Shown piece after piece: positions 9,098 through 18,316 of a stretch of 64,000 bases of DNA. Position 1 is the stretch's first letter, and the number at the start of each line of letters is the position of its first letter. The position numbers and the translations under genes were made by a program. Source of the DNA: Candidatus Latescibacterota bacterium (lineage in GTDB: Bacteria > Latescibacterota > UBA2968 > UBA8231); contig OZ253462.1 of the NCBI GenBank assembly GCA_965261395.1, positions 2,336,001-2,400,000 on the forward strand. The letters are read 5' to 3'. The notes under the pieces were generated by a model, which was not told the DNA's origin, did not search any database, and saw only the letters and a list, made by a program, of their open reading frames with translations.

Positions 9098-10723
9098 ATG
9101 ACTAAACTCCCGCGCCTGATTTTCAATACCGACGGCAACTGGATGCTATTCTACCTGCCGGACCGCAACCCCGACGATGTCACCCATCAGCTCGACGAAC
9201 TGGTCCCGGCCGGCGTTGGCGCCCTCGCCGGACTGATTGGCATTGACGACGACGTGGTCTGGCGCGGCAGTCCGCATTCGGCCATGTGGGGAGACGACAC
9301 CGAAGTCTGGGACCCCGACCCCGACGTGGATGCCGACGGCAATCCGATCCGCAAGATGACGGCCGGTGGCTTCGAACTCAGCCGCCTCGAACAGCTCTAC
9401 AACTGCATGGACGCGGTCATTACTGACGGCCGCGAGCTGATGCAGGTCTATATCCACGGCTGCCGGCGGCACGGCATCGCGGCGATCGCGTCGATGCGGA
9501 TGAACGACGCTCACACCTCCGACGAGGCGCGCGAGTGGCAGGTGCGCAGCCGTCACAAGAAGTCGCGGCCCGACCTGCTGATCGGTTCCCCGACCCCGAC
9601 GCGCTCGGGTGGTGCCGACCGCTGGAACTTCTGTTGGCAATGGGATTACGAGCAGGAGGAGGTGCGCAATCGCTTTCTCGGGCTCGTCGATGAGACGCTG
9701 GAGCGCTACGACTTCGACGGCATCGAACTCGACTGGATGCGCGGGCCACCCTACTTCAGGCCCGGGCGCTTGCTCGACAACCTCGACACCCTCACCGAGT
9801 TCATGCGCCAAGCTCATGCTATAGTGCGCCGCCACAGCGAGCAGAAGGGGAAGGAGATCTCGCTGCTCTCACGGGTACCCCCCTGCCTTGCTGAGGCGCG
9901 TGGCATCGGCATCGACGCATCGACTTGGATCCGCGAGCCGGTGGCGGATCTGTTCGTGCTTTCCTCGGCTTCGTACTGTCCGGCCCGTATCGACATCGCC
10001 GAGGCCGTCGCCTGCGCCGAGGAAAGCAAGGTGCCGATTTACGTGGGCTTCGACGGTGCCACGCATCTGACCTCGCCGCACGAAGGATACGACCGAGGCG
10101 TGCCCGCCGTCTTGCGGGGCGTGGCGTTAAATGGGTACGAACAGGGTGCTGCCGGCGTTTACATTTTCAACTACGACTACCGGCATCATCGCGCTTCGCC
10201 CTTTGAGGAGGAGGAGTACAATGAAGACCATCTCAATCTCCTCACCGATCTGAGCGATCCCGAGCGGCTGGCGCGGCGCGACCGCAGCTATTCAGTGTCT
10301 GATTCGGCCTTGGGGGGTGTCGTCCACCACACGCCTGGGGATCACTACCCGCAGGTGCCTCGCGCCTTGAGCATGCCGGCACGCGCGACTGGCGGTCTCG
10401 GGTACGAGATGACCCTCATCATCGAAGATGACATTGAGGCTGGCTTCGCCGACGGCCGCATCCTCGGCACCGAGCTACGCCTGCATCTCACGGATTACGA
10501 AGCCTGCTTGGATCGCATTTTCTGCCGAGTCAACGATCGCGCTGTCTCGCTCGCTGGTGCCGCGAAGCTGGAAAACCAACTCGGTACTTGGCTCGTCGTG
10601 AAAAATCCCCCCATCCAGCGCGGCAAAAACCTCGTCCTCCTAGGACTCGATGGCCTGCAAACACCCGATCCATGGCCGACGCTGCACCAGTGCGAGGTGA
10701 TGGTTCTGGGGTGTGATAGCTAG
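9098..10723 (+). CDS. Glycoside hydrolase-like TIM-barrel protein (GHL10/DUF187-like)
   Basis: RLIFNTDGN, ASMRMNDAH, YDFDGIELDWMR, GAAGVYIFNY. No signal peptide. Confidence 0.7.
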   Translation: MTKLPRLIFNTDGNWMLFYLPDRNPDDVTHQLDELVPAGVGALAGLIGIDDDVVWRGSPHSAMWGDDTEVWDPDPDVDADGNPIRKMTAGGFELSRLEQLYNCMDAVITDGRELMQVYIHGCRRHGIAAIASMRMNDAHTSDEAREWQVRSRHKKSRPDLLIGSPTPTRSGGADRWNFCWQWDYEQEEVRNRFLGLVDETLERYDFDGIELDWMRGPPYFRPGRLLDNLDTLTEFMRQAHAIVRRHSEQKGKEISLLSRVPPCLAEARGIGIDASTWIREPVADLFVLSSASYCPARIDIAEAVACAEESKVPIYVGFDGATHLTSPHEGYDRGVPAVLRGVALNGYEQGAAGVYIFNYDYRHHRASPFEEEEYNEDHLNLLTDLSDPERLARRDRSYSVSDSALGGVVHHTPGDHYPQVPRALSMPARATGGLGYEMTLIIEDDIEAGFADGRILGTELRLHLTDYEACLDRIFCRVNDRAVSLAGAAKLENQLGTWLVVKNPPIQRGKNLVLLGLDGLQTPDPWPTLHQCEVMVLGCDS

Positions 10724-10743
10724 GCGGGCTTGTGGAAACACAA

Positions 10744-10807
10744 CGGCCCCTCGGCAAGCAGGTCCTGAGCCTGCCGAGGGGCCGGGGGTCAACGGGCCAG
10801 AGGCCCG
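10744..10807. repeat. REP-like palindrome plus a second small hairpin between convergent genes
   Basis: Perfect 13-bp stem CGGCCCCTCGGCA (10744-10756) / TGCCGAGGGGCCG (10772-10784), then CGGGCC-AGA-GGCCCG (10793-10807). Confidence 0.65.
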
Positions 10808-10823
10808 GGGCTTCTCGGTGCCG

Positions 10824-11222
10824 CTATTCTTGGCCCTGTCTCGCTCCCCGGGTCAATCCATAGACTACGCCGATTATCGGTATTATGGCGAACATAAAAG
10901 CTAGGGATTTGTCCCCCTTTATCGCGCCTTGGCTAATGGCAGCGTAGACCGCAGCATCCCCGCCGATGTTCACCAACAGCAGCACAACAGCCACACGAGT
11001 GGCCCGCTTGGCGTCAGCTCGGGGGGTCAACACCATTACCAGCAGCGCGATGGCGGCAACCGGATGCACGACCATAATCAGCGCTCGTTCCCAAACGCTA
11101 CCCCCGTCGGCGAATCCGCCGACCAAGGCCGTAGATCCCGTCAGCATCAGTTGGACGATGGCAAGCGCGATCATGGCAATATGGATCGTTCTCACAGCGA
11201 ATCTCCTTTCTTGACCGCTCAC
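10824..11222 (-). CDS. Small integral membrane protein, about 4 TM helices, function unknown
   Basis: Four hydrophobic segments. GTG start overlaps the upstream TGA (GTGA 11219-11222); exact start uncertain. Confidence 0.6.
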   Translation of the reverse strand: MSGQERRFAVRTIHIAMIALAIVQLMLTGSTALVGGFADGGSVWERALIMVVHPVAAIALLVMVLTPRADAKRATRVAVVLLLVNIGGDAAVYAAISQGAIKGDKSLAFMFAIIPIIGVVYGLTRGARQGQE

Positions 11223-12460
11223 GGCGCGGACTGGTACTCTACCGGCAACTGCGCGGTGTCCGTGATGCTTGAATCTGCGTGGTAGTAGATGTTCACGCGT
11301 CCGGTGCCGCAGTCGCCGAAATCGTCGCAGGTGAGTGCGCCGATAATCCCCTGAAAGTCAGTCGTTGCCCCGATTTCTTCGCGCAGCGCGACGCGGTCTA
11401 GGTACAACTTCCCACCTTCCTCTACTCCAACGGATTCAATGGCGCTGAGCAGTAGCGTCGTGGCGTCGTAGGCGTGAAAAAAGAAATTCGCGTCGGTAGC
11501 CGCTTGGTACTCAGCCGACAGCGCACTCGCGTCCTTGCCGGTCACCTGATTGGCGTTGGTGCCGAAATGCGAGTCGTGCCCTGAGAGATAGACTCCTTCT
11601 GATTCCGGCTGCTCGAGAAATTCCTGTGTGCTTGTAGCGGAACCGGCGATGAGCGTTACCTCTGCCAACCCGTCAAACGCCTTTGCTTGGCTGACTAAAT
11701 GATACCCCTCGGCGGCAAAGAGCGGTAGAAAGATGCCGTCCGGTGCGGCAGCCGCAAAGTCCGCGAGCACGGCGCTCATGTCCGTGTCGCCCTTGCTGAC
11801 AGTGGCGATGGCAACGACTTCGCCGCCGATCGCGCTGAAAGAGTTAGCAAAGGAAGTGGCGAGACCGTGTGTGACCGAGTCGCCGTCGTGAATGGTCGCC
11901 ATCCGTCGCAAGCCCAACTCGATATAGGCGAAGTGGGCGACTGCTTGGGCTTGGTAGAGGCCGTTGCTGTACACGCGAAAGTAGCCGGGATGGTAATCCG
12001 GTCCTGGGTTGCCCGCGAGGTCCGACGTGAGATCGGGCGACGCGTTCGCCGGCGAGATCGTCACCAGCCCTGCAGCGCTGAGCACGGGCGAGGCACCCAC
12101 CGACGCCCCGGAACACGCCGGGCCGATGACGCCCACCACTTGCGGGTCGGCGACAATCTGCCGCGCGCCCTCGCTGCCGCCGTCGCTTGAACACATGGTA
12201 TCTATCGGCTGTCCGAGCGCAACTGTGCGACCATGGATGGGGCCATAGTCTGCGACGGCCAACTCGATAGCATCTTGGATCGATTCGGCAATATTCTGCT
12301 GGCCCGTGAGCGGCAGCATGGAGCGCACTTGCACTGCTTCGTCTGCGTCAATCTCGACCGCGCCGAGCGGTCCTGACTCAAAGCCGAGCGGTTCATCCTT
12401 TTCTCCGCACGCTGCCGCGAGCGCGGCAAGTAATGCGACGCGAAATACTCTGTTAGCCAT
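11219..12460 (-). CDS. Branched-chain amino acid ABC-type substrate-binding lipoprotein (LivK/PBP1), paralog 1
   Basis: ATG 12460 after AGGAG. Lipobox LAAAC, VVGVIGPACSGAS, GYFRV, HAYDATTLLL, CDDFGDCG. Confidence 0.88.
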   Translation of the reverse strand: MANRVFRVALLAALAAACGEKDEPLGFESGPLGAVEIDADEAVQVRSMLPLTGQQNIAESIQDAIELAVADYGPIHGRTVALGQPIDTMCSSDGGSEGARQIVADPQVVGVIGPACSGASVGASPVLSAAGLVTISPANASPDLTSDLAGNPGPDYHPGYFRVYSNGLYQAQAVAHFAYIELGLRRMATIHDGDSVTHGLATSFANSFSAIGGEVVAIATVSKGDTDMSAVLADFAAAAPDGIFLPLFAAEGYHLVSQAKAFDGLAEVTLIAGSATSTQEFLEQPESEGVYLSGHDSHFGTNANQVTGKDASALSAEYQAATDANFFFHAYDATTLLLSAIESVGVEEGGKLYLDRVALREEIGATTDFQGIIGALTCDDFGDCGTGRVNIYYHADSSITDTAQLPVEYQSAP

Positions 12461-12815
12461 TGGTGTACATCTCCTTATTGGGTTAGCCAGCGGTGTAAGG
12501 TGTGCCACGGTCTATTTCTAATGCTCCGGTGTCCGGCGTCGTAGCTTGGCTCCTATTGGTCATCGCCGCACTATTGATCTTGCCGATTGTGGTCCAAGTA
12601 GATGGAGTCACGTCAAGGAATTTGTCAGGAACGTAAGTTGCCTATGAACGTCTTGGGGGATAGAGGTCGCTTTGACGGAAAAGGACCCTTGTGATGCGGA
12701 TGACTTCATTGCTATCCAATCTGAACTTCAAAAGGTAGATAATGTGTCAGTATAAATAAAGAATACAAAAAGAGAAAACGGTGTGTTCTGATTCGGTCGA
12801 AAGTAATGGTGGGAG

Positions 12816-13760
12816 GTGACGACGATGAGACTCATTGGTCAGAGCACGGTGATGCACCAGTTCCAAGTCAAACTCATGGAAGTAGCATCCATTAATATGA
12901 TGGTGCTGATCTTGGGTGAAACAGGTGTTGGTAAGGGAGTAGCAGCACGGGTATTACACAAGCTGAGTCCTAATTGCGATGGACCTTTTATACAAGTCAA
13001 TTGTGGTGCTCTACCTGAATCGCTGATCGATAGTGAACTCTTTGGGCACGAGAAAGGATCCTTTACTAACGCCGTTTCCCGTCGGCTGGGCAAGGTGGAA
13101 CTGGCCGAAGGCGGCATGCTCTTTTTAGATGAAATCGGCGATATGTCTCTAGCGACACAGGTCCGGATGCTGCGGTTGCTGGAAGATCGCACTTTTGAAC
13201 GCATTGGAGGCAGTGAGACGCTGACAGTGCAGACGCGCATTGTGGCAGCGACTAATCGCAACTTAGAGGAGATGGTTCGCGCGGGTACATTTCGCGAGGA
13301 TCTCTATTATCGCTTCCGCGCCTTTCCAATCTATTTGCCACCGCTACGCGAACGCAAGGAGGATATACCACACTTAGCCGAGTTTTTCAAGGATGGCATG
13401 ACGGCGCATTTGGGTAAGCAAATCGGACCTTTGACGCCAGATATTATAGACGTGCTACAAGCCTATCATTGGCCGGGGAATGTACGGGAACTGGAGCAGA
13501 TCATACAGCGGGCTGTAATAGCGTGCAATGATTCTCTAATCCGAGTAGGAGATCTTGGACTGATGAGTATTATCTTGCCGGTTTTTCAAGGCCAAGAAAT
13601 CGTGCCTTTGGATGAATTTGAGCGCCGCTACATCATCGAAGTACTCAAATCGACCAACTGGCACGTAAAAGGAACAGAGGGGGCGGCAGCTTTGTTAGGC
13701 ATACCTCCTTCGACACTGTATAGCAAAATGAAGAAGTTAGGTATCAAACGCCCTGAATAA
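12816..13760 (+). CDS. Sigma54-interaction AAA+ activator with Fis-type HTH and no N-terminal sensory domain
   Basis: GETGVGKG, SELFGHEKGSFTNA, LFLDEIGD, FREDLYYR, WPGNVREL, AAALLGIPPSTLYSKMKKLGI. Confidence 0.9.
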   Translation: MTTMRLIGQSTVMHQFQVKLMEVASINMMVLILGETGVGKGVAARVLHKLSPNCDGPFIQVNCGALPESLIDSELFGHEKGSFTNAVSRRLGKVELAEGGMLFLDEIGDMSLATQVRMLRLLEDRTFERIGGSETLTVQTRIVAATNRNLEEMVRAGTFREDLYYRFRAFPIYLPPLRERKEDIPHLAEFFKDGMTAHLGKQIGPLTPDIIDVLQAYHWPGNVRELEQIIQRAVIACNDSLIRVGDLGLMSIILPVFQGQEIVPLDEFERRYIIEVLKSTNWHVKGTEGAAALLGIPPSTLYSKMKKLGIKRPE

Positions 13761-13882
13761 AAGATATAACATTCTATTATTAAATAGTATAAAAGCCAGC
13801 ATTCAGGGGCAGGCCGCTAGGGGTTCCAGGCAACTGCCAATTCTTTCTACCGGGCCACTTGCACGGCAACCCGACCCATAGA

Positions 13883-13919
13883 GCTACGAATGGAGGACAG
13901 CGCTCGTCCGGTTCGTAGC
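13883..13919. terminator. Hairpin between convergent genes, possible terminator
   Basis: GCTACGAA (13883-13890) / TTCGTAGC (13912-13919) with an imperfect inner stem. No clear U-tract. Confidence 0.3.
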
Positions 13920-13974
13920 GGATGTTTGCGTTTGCGCGGGCTGCTGTCAAAAGAGACTCAGCTTTCCGTCGGGA

Positions 13975-15234
13975 TCACGGCGCGAACTGGTACACCACCG
14001 GCAACTGCGCGGTGTCCGTTATGCTCGTGTCCGTATGGTGGTAGATGTTGATGCGCCCGGTGCCGCAGTCGCCGAAATCGTCGCAGGAGATCGCGCCGAT
14101 AATCCCCTGAAAGCCGTCCGTTGCGCCGACTCCCTCGCGCAGCGCGGCGCGGTCTATGTACAACTTGCCGCCCTCTTCCACGGCAACGGATTTGATGGCG
14201 CTGAGCAGCACTGTCGTGGCGTCGTACGCATGCGCCCAGTACGGAGAAGTAGGCGATCCGCCGTATGTGGCTTCATACGCGGTGAGCACATCGTCTGCGT
14301 TCTTGCCGGTCGCCGCATTGACGTTCGCGCCGTGGTCCGACTCCGGCCCGGCGAAGTACATGCCCTCTGACTGCGGCGTGCCGAGGAATTCGGACACGAG
14401 GAGAGCTGCACCCGTAATGAGCGTCGCGTTTTCTAGGCCGTCGAACGCCCGCGCCTGTTCGGCAAAGGGCGTGCCTTCGGCTTCGAAGAGCGGGAAGAAG
14501 ATGCCGTCTGGTTCGGCGGCGGCGAATTCCGCGAGGACCTCCGTCATGTCCGTGTCGCCCTTGTCGATGCGGGCAATGACCGCGACTTCGCCGCCGAGCG
14601 CGCCAAACGCATTGCCAAACGCACTGACGAGCGCTGTGGTGTATGGGTCGCCATCGTCAACGGCCACCATGCGCCGCAAACCCAATTCGCTGTAGGCGAA
14701 GTCGGCGACTGCGTTCGCCTGATAGAGGTCATTGTTAGAAGTGCGGAAATAGCCGGGGTGGTAGTTGGGATTGGCGTTGCCGGCGAGGTCGGACGTGAGC
14801 AACGGCGACGTGTTGGACGGCGAGATCATCACCAGCCCCGCCTCGCTGATCACCGGCGAGGCCTCTACAGCCGCGGCCGAGCACGACGTGCCAATGACGC
14901 CGAGCACCTGCGGGTCGGCACTGATCTGCTCGGCACCCGCGCGTCCGCCATCTGGCGAGCACATGCTGTCCATAGACTCGCCGAGTTCGACTGCGCGACC
15001 GTGGACATCGCCGAAATCCCGCACGGCTAACTCGACGCCGTTGCGCAACGCCCCGCCTAGCGACGCCGCGCCAGTGATCGAGAGCAACGAGCGGATCGGC
15101 ACGGCCTCGCCCGCGCCGATCTCGACGGAGCCGAGTGGTCCGGCTTCAAAGCCGAGCGGTTCATCGTCTCCGCCGCACGCTGCCATCAGAGCCGCCAGCA
15201 GCGCGATGTGGAATTTTCTAAACGCATTATTCAT
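13975..15234 (-). CDS. LivK/PBP1 substrate-binding lipoprotein, paralog 2
   Basis: True start ATG 15234 after AGGAGG; the ORF-track extension overlaps paralog 3. Lipobox LMAAC and the same motifs as paralog 1. Confidence 0.9.
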   Translation of the reverse strand: MNNAFRKFHIALLAALMAACGGDDEPLGFEAGPLGSVEIGAGEAVPIRSLLSITGAASLGGALRNGVELAVRDFGDVHGRAVELGESMDSMCSPDGGRAGAEQISADPQVLGVIGTSCSAAAVEASPVISEAGLVMISPSNTSPLLTSDLAGNANPNYHPGYFRTSNNDLYQANAVADFAYSELGLRRMVAVDDGDPYTTALVSAFGNAFGALGGEVAVIARIDKGDTDMTEVLAEFAAAEPDGIFFPLFEAEGTPFAEQARAFDGLENATLITGAALLVSEFLGTPQSEGMYFAGPESDHGANVNAATGKNADDVLTAYEATYGGSPTSPYWAHAYDATTVLLSAIKSVAVEEGGKLYIDRAALREGVGATDGFQGIIGAISCDDFGDCGTGRINIYHHTDTSITDTAQLPVVYQFAP

Positions 15235-15272
15235 GGGCTTCAACCTCCTGATTGCTTTACTCGTTAGCTGAC

Positions 15273-16607
15273 TCACGGCGAGGACTGATACACCACCGGC
15301 AACTGCGCGGGATCTGTAACGCCGGAGTCTGTGTGGTAATAGATGTTGGCGCGCCCGGTGCCGCAGTCGCCGAAATCGTCGCAAGAGAGTTCGCCGATGA
15401 TGCCCTGAAAGCCAGCCGTCGCCCCGATCTCCTCGCGCAGCGCGGCGCGGTCTATGTACAACTTCCCACCCCTCTCCACCGCAACGGAGTTGATGGCGCT
15501 GAGTAGCAGCGTTGTGGCGTCGTACGCGTGCGCCCAATACGGAGCGGGATGAGACTCTCCATACGTAGATTCGAGCGTGGCGAGAATCGCATCCCCGTTT
15601 TTGCCGGTCGCCACATTGACGTTTGCGCCGCGAACCAGCTCCGGCCCTGCAAAGTAGATGCCCTCAGACTGCGGTGTGCCGAGGAACTCCGACAGGAGGA
15701 GGGCCGCGTCCGTGATGAGCATCGCGCCTTCCAAGCCATCGAATGCCCGCGCCTGCTCGGCAAAGGGCGTGCCTGCCGATTCGAAGAGCGGGAAGAAGAT
15801 GCCGTCCGGCTCGGCGGCGGCGAATTCCGCGAGGACCTCCGTCATGTCCGTGTCGCCCTTCTCAATCCTAGCGGCGACCGCGACCTCGCCGCCGAGCGCG
15901 CGGAACGCATTGCCAAACGCGATGGTGAGGCCCATGGTGTACGGGTCGCCGTCGTCTATGGACACCATGCGCCGCAATCCCAATTCACTGTAGGCGAAGT
16001 CGGCGGCGGCTTGCCCCTGATAGAGGTCGTTGTTCGCCGTGCGGAAATAGCCGGGGTGGTAGTTGGGACTCGCGTTGCCGGCAAGGTCGGATGTGAGCGC
16101 AGGCGACGTGTTGGACGGCGAGACCATCACTAGCCCTGCCGCGCTGAGCAGCGGTGAGGCCTCCACCGCCGAGCCTGAGCACAATGTACCGATGATGCCC
16201 AGTACCTGCGGGTCGGCGATGACCTGCTCGGCGCTTGTGCGTCCGCCCTCTGGCGAACACATGGCGTCTATTGGCTCGCCGAGTTCAATCTCGTGGCCGT
16301 GGATGTTGCCGAAGTCTTGGATAGCTAACTCGGTGCTGTACCGCAACCATGTAGCAACCGACGGCACAACGGTGTGCGCGAGCAATGAACGGATCTGGAC
16401 GGGCTCGCCGGCACTGACCTCGACCACGCCGAGCGGGTGGACCCGCGACTCGGCTAGCCCTGCGACGGGGAAGCTGGTCCGAGTTATGCTGCTGATTCTG
16501 CGCTTGGCAGCCGCCTCGGTCGGCTGGTTGGCGGAAACGGGATCGCGATCAGAACATGCGCCTAGGGTCAAGGCGCAGGTGAGTAAGAAAAACAGAGCGG
16601 ATTTCAT
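15273..16607 (-). CDS. LivK/PBP1 substrate-binding lipoprotein, paralog 3
   Basis: AAGGAGG RBS, lipobox LGAC. Long stretches are near-identical to paralog 2 (GDTDMTEVLAEFAAAEPDGIFFPLFE). Confidence 0.9.
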   Translation of the reverse strand: MKSALFFLLTCALTLGACSDRDPVSANQPTEAAAKRRISSITRTSFPVAGLAESRVHPLGVVEVSAGEPVQIRSLLAHTVVPSVATWLRYSTELAIQDFGNIHGHEIELGEPIDAMCSPEGGRTSAEQVIADPQVLGIIGTLCSGSAVEASPLLSAAGLVMVSPSNTSPALTSDLAGNASPNYHPGYFRTANNDLYQGQAAADFAYSELGLRRMVSIDDGDPYTMGLTIAFGNAFRALGGEVAVAARIEKGDTDMTEVLAEFAAAEPDGIFFPLFESAGTPFAEQARAFDGLEGAMLITDAALLLSEFLGTPQSEGIYFAGPELVRGANVNVATGKNGDAILATLESTYGESHPAPYWAHAYDATTLLLSAINSVAVERGGKLYIDRAALREEIGATAGFQGIIGELSCDDFGDCGTGRANIYYHTDSGVTDPAQLPVVYQSSP

Positions 16608-16702
16608 TGGGCCTCCTTTATGGAGTTGGGCAAATGCTCTAAATGCTCTAGTTAATGGTAGCGAGGCTCACGGCGCAAACCGATACACCTCCGGCAATTA
16701 TC

Positions 16703-18046
16703 TCACTCTGGATAGATGCCCAAAAATTCGCGGGCCGGGTGGTGCGGCTCCGAGGGCGAGCGGGCATCGGGATCGTTGATTACCGCGGTAGCGGGCGGCA
16801 CTATGGGGCGTCCTTGGGCCAGGGGATCGTCGGTGTTTTGCATCCATTGGTCGAGGCGCTGGCGTAGCTCCGCTAGGCGATCTTGGCAATTGGGATCTGC
16901 AGCCAAGTTGTGAGTTTCGTGCGGATCGAAGACCAAGTCGTAGAGTCTTTCGCTCTCCAGCGCGCGTTGCCGCCAGCCTTGGTCGATGAAATAGTCTTTG
17001 GTCAGGCTGTCGTCGCAATTGGGCAAGACTGGGTATTGGCGCTGGTCAAAGCGGCGGATGTACTTGAAGCGCGACGTGCGGATGCAGCGCTGGGGTTCGT
17101 AGTAGGTGTGGTAGTTCACTTCGGCGAAAATTTCGCTGCGGATTTCCCTGGCTTGGCCACTTACCAGCGGTAGCAACGAGGTGCCCTGTACGTGATCGGG
17201 CAATGTGATTCCGGCTAGGGCGCAGACCGTTGGATAGATATCGACTTGGCTGACTAAGGAATCGAGTACTTGGCCGCCGCTAAAGCCGCCCGGGCCGCGC
17301 AGCACCAGCATGACGCCAAGCCCGTGGTCGGTGAGATTGCACTTCATGGTGGGGAAGGCAATGCCGTGATCGGTGGTGCAAATGACGAGGGTGTTGTCGG
17401 CTAAACCGTTGTCCCGCAGGGCGGCAAAGACGCGGCCCATTTTGGCGTCGAGGGTGCGGGCGGCGTCGATGTATGCAGCCATGTCGCGGCGTGTCTCGGG
17501 CGTATCGGGGAAGGGCGCGGGGGGCCGCACGTAGCGCGGATCGGTGGGATCCTCGCCGTGGGGCTGGGGCGCAAAACCGCGTCCTTGGCGGTGGGTTTCG
17601 CTAAAGCCCACGTCCAAGTAGAAGGGCGCGCGATGATCTTCGGCCAAAAAGGCGGCTGCCCGCTCTTCGGTTTTGGTATCTGGGGTATCTGGGGGCAACA
17701 GGCGAGTGAAGCCACCATCGTTGACGTCCGCTACCACGTGCTGGAAGCCGGCCATGGCCGTGGTGTAGCCGGCCTTTTGCAGGGTATGGGTCAGTAGCCG
17801 TTTGGGCTGGGGCAAGGTCCAGCCTCGGTTGACCAAGCCGGTCATGCCGCAGGAATGGGCCCACTGGCCGGTGAGCAGGCTGGCGCGGCTGGGCGAGCAG
17901 GTGGGGTTGGCGCAAAAAGCTTGGCGAAAGAGGACGCCTTCCTCGGCTAGCTGCTGGATATGAGGCGTGGGTATGGCGTGGCCGTAGGGTTGGACGTAGC
18001 GGCCGGTGTCGTGCGAGTGGATATAGACGATATTGGGGGCTGGCAT
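16703..18046 (-). CDS. Formylglycine-dependent sulfatase (N-sulfoglucosamine sulfohydrolase-like)
   Basis: PNIVYIHSHD, CxPxR motif CSPSRASLLTG, TTDHG, LYDLVFDPHE. Confidence 0.92.
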   Translation of the reverse strand: MPAPNIVYIHSHDTGRYVQPYGHAIPTPHIQQLAEEGVLFRQAFCANPTCSPSRASLLTGQWAHSCGMTGLVNRGWTLPQPKRLLTHTLQKAGYTTAMAGFQHVVADVNDGGFTRLLPPDTPDTKTEERAAAFLAEDHRAPFYLDVGFSETHRQGRGFAPQPHGEDPTDPRYVRPPAPFPDTPETRRDMAAYIDAARTLDAKMGRVFAALRDNGLADNTLVICTTDHGIAFPTMKCNLTDHGLGVMLVLRGPGGFSGGQVLDSLVSQVDIYPTVCALAGITLPDHVQGTSLLPLVSGQAREIRSEIFAEVNYHTYYEPQRCIRTSRFKYIRRFDQRQYPVLPNCDDSLTKDYFIDQGWRQRALESERLYDLVFDPHETHNLAADPNCQDRLAELRQRLDQWMQNTDDPLAQGRPIVPPATAVINDPDARSPSEPHHPAREFLGIYPE

Positions 18047-18271
18047 GGGAACCTACGGTTGTCGATGGTGCGGAGCGAAGGATAGCGCGAAAATGGACTC
18101 GGTTGGACTTATGGGTACCCGTCTGTGGGTATCAACTCACTCTCCTGAAAAAAATAGATACCGTCATCAACCGCAATGCGGCTTGTGTACAGGAGCCAAA
18201 TTTCGTATTTCGCTTCCGAGTGCCCGACAGGGTGCTCTAAGTGAATCGGAGATGGAATTTTTCGAGACTCT

Positions 18272-18294
18272 ATCAATGCTCCTCGGGCATTGAT
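18272..18294. promoter_or_regulatory. Operator-like palindrome upstream of the creatininase-family gene
   Basis: ATCAATGC-N7-GCATTGAT, ending 8 nt before the AAAGGAGG RBS. Confidence 0.45.
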
Positions 18295-18316
18295 CACTAA
18301 TTAAAGGAGGTCCACT

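Noticed and set aside
12493-12508. TGGCAC on the minus strand upstream of binding-protein paralog 1 as a sigma54 promoter
   Set aside because: The -12 position reads TTACAC, with no GC at the required GG-N10-GC spacing.
15235-15537. 101-aa N-terminal extension of the 520-aa ORF
   Set aside because: It overlaps paralog 3 out of frame. The RBS and lipoprotein signal place the start at 15234.
16633-16650. AAATGCTCT tandem repeat upstream of paralog 3
   Set aside because: Only two units and no second occurrence noticed. It could be a regulator site but is unsupported.
18109-18297. 62-aa ORF in the AT-richer intergenic region
   Set aside because: No RBS or recognisable motif, and it overlaps the probable divergent promoter region.
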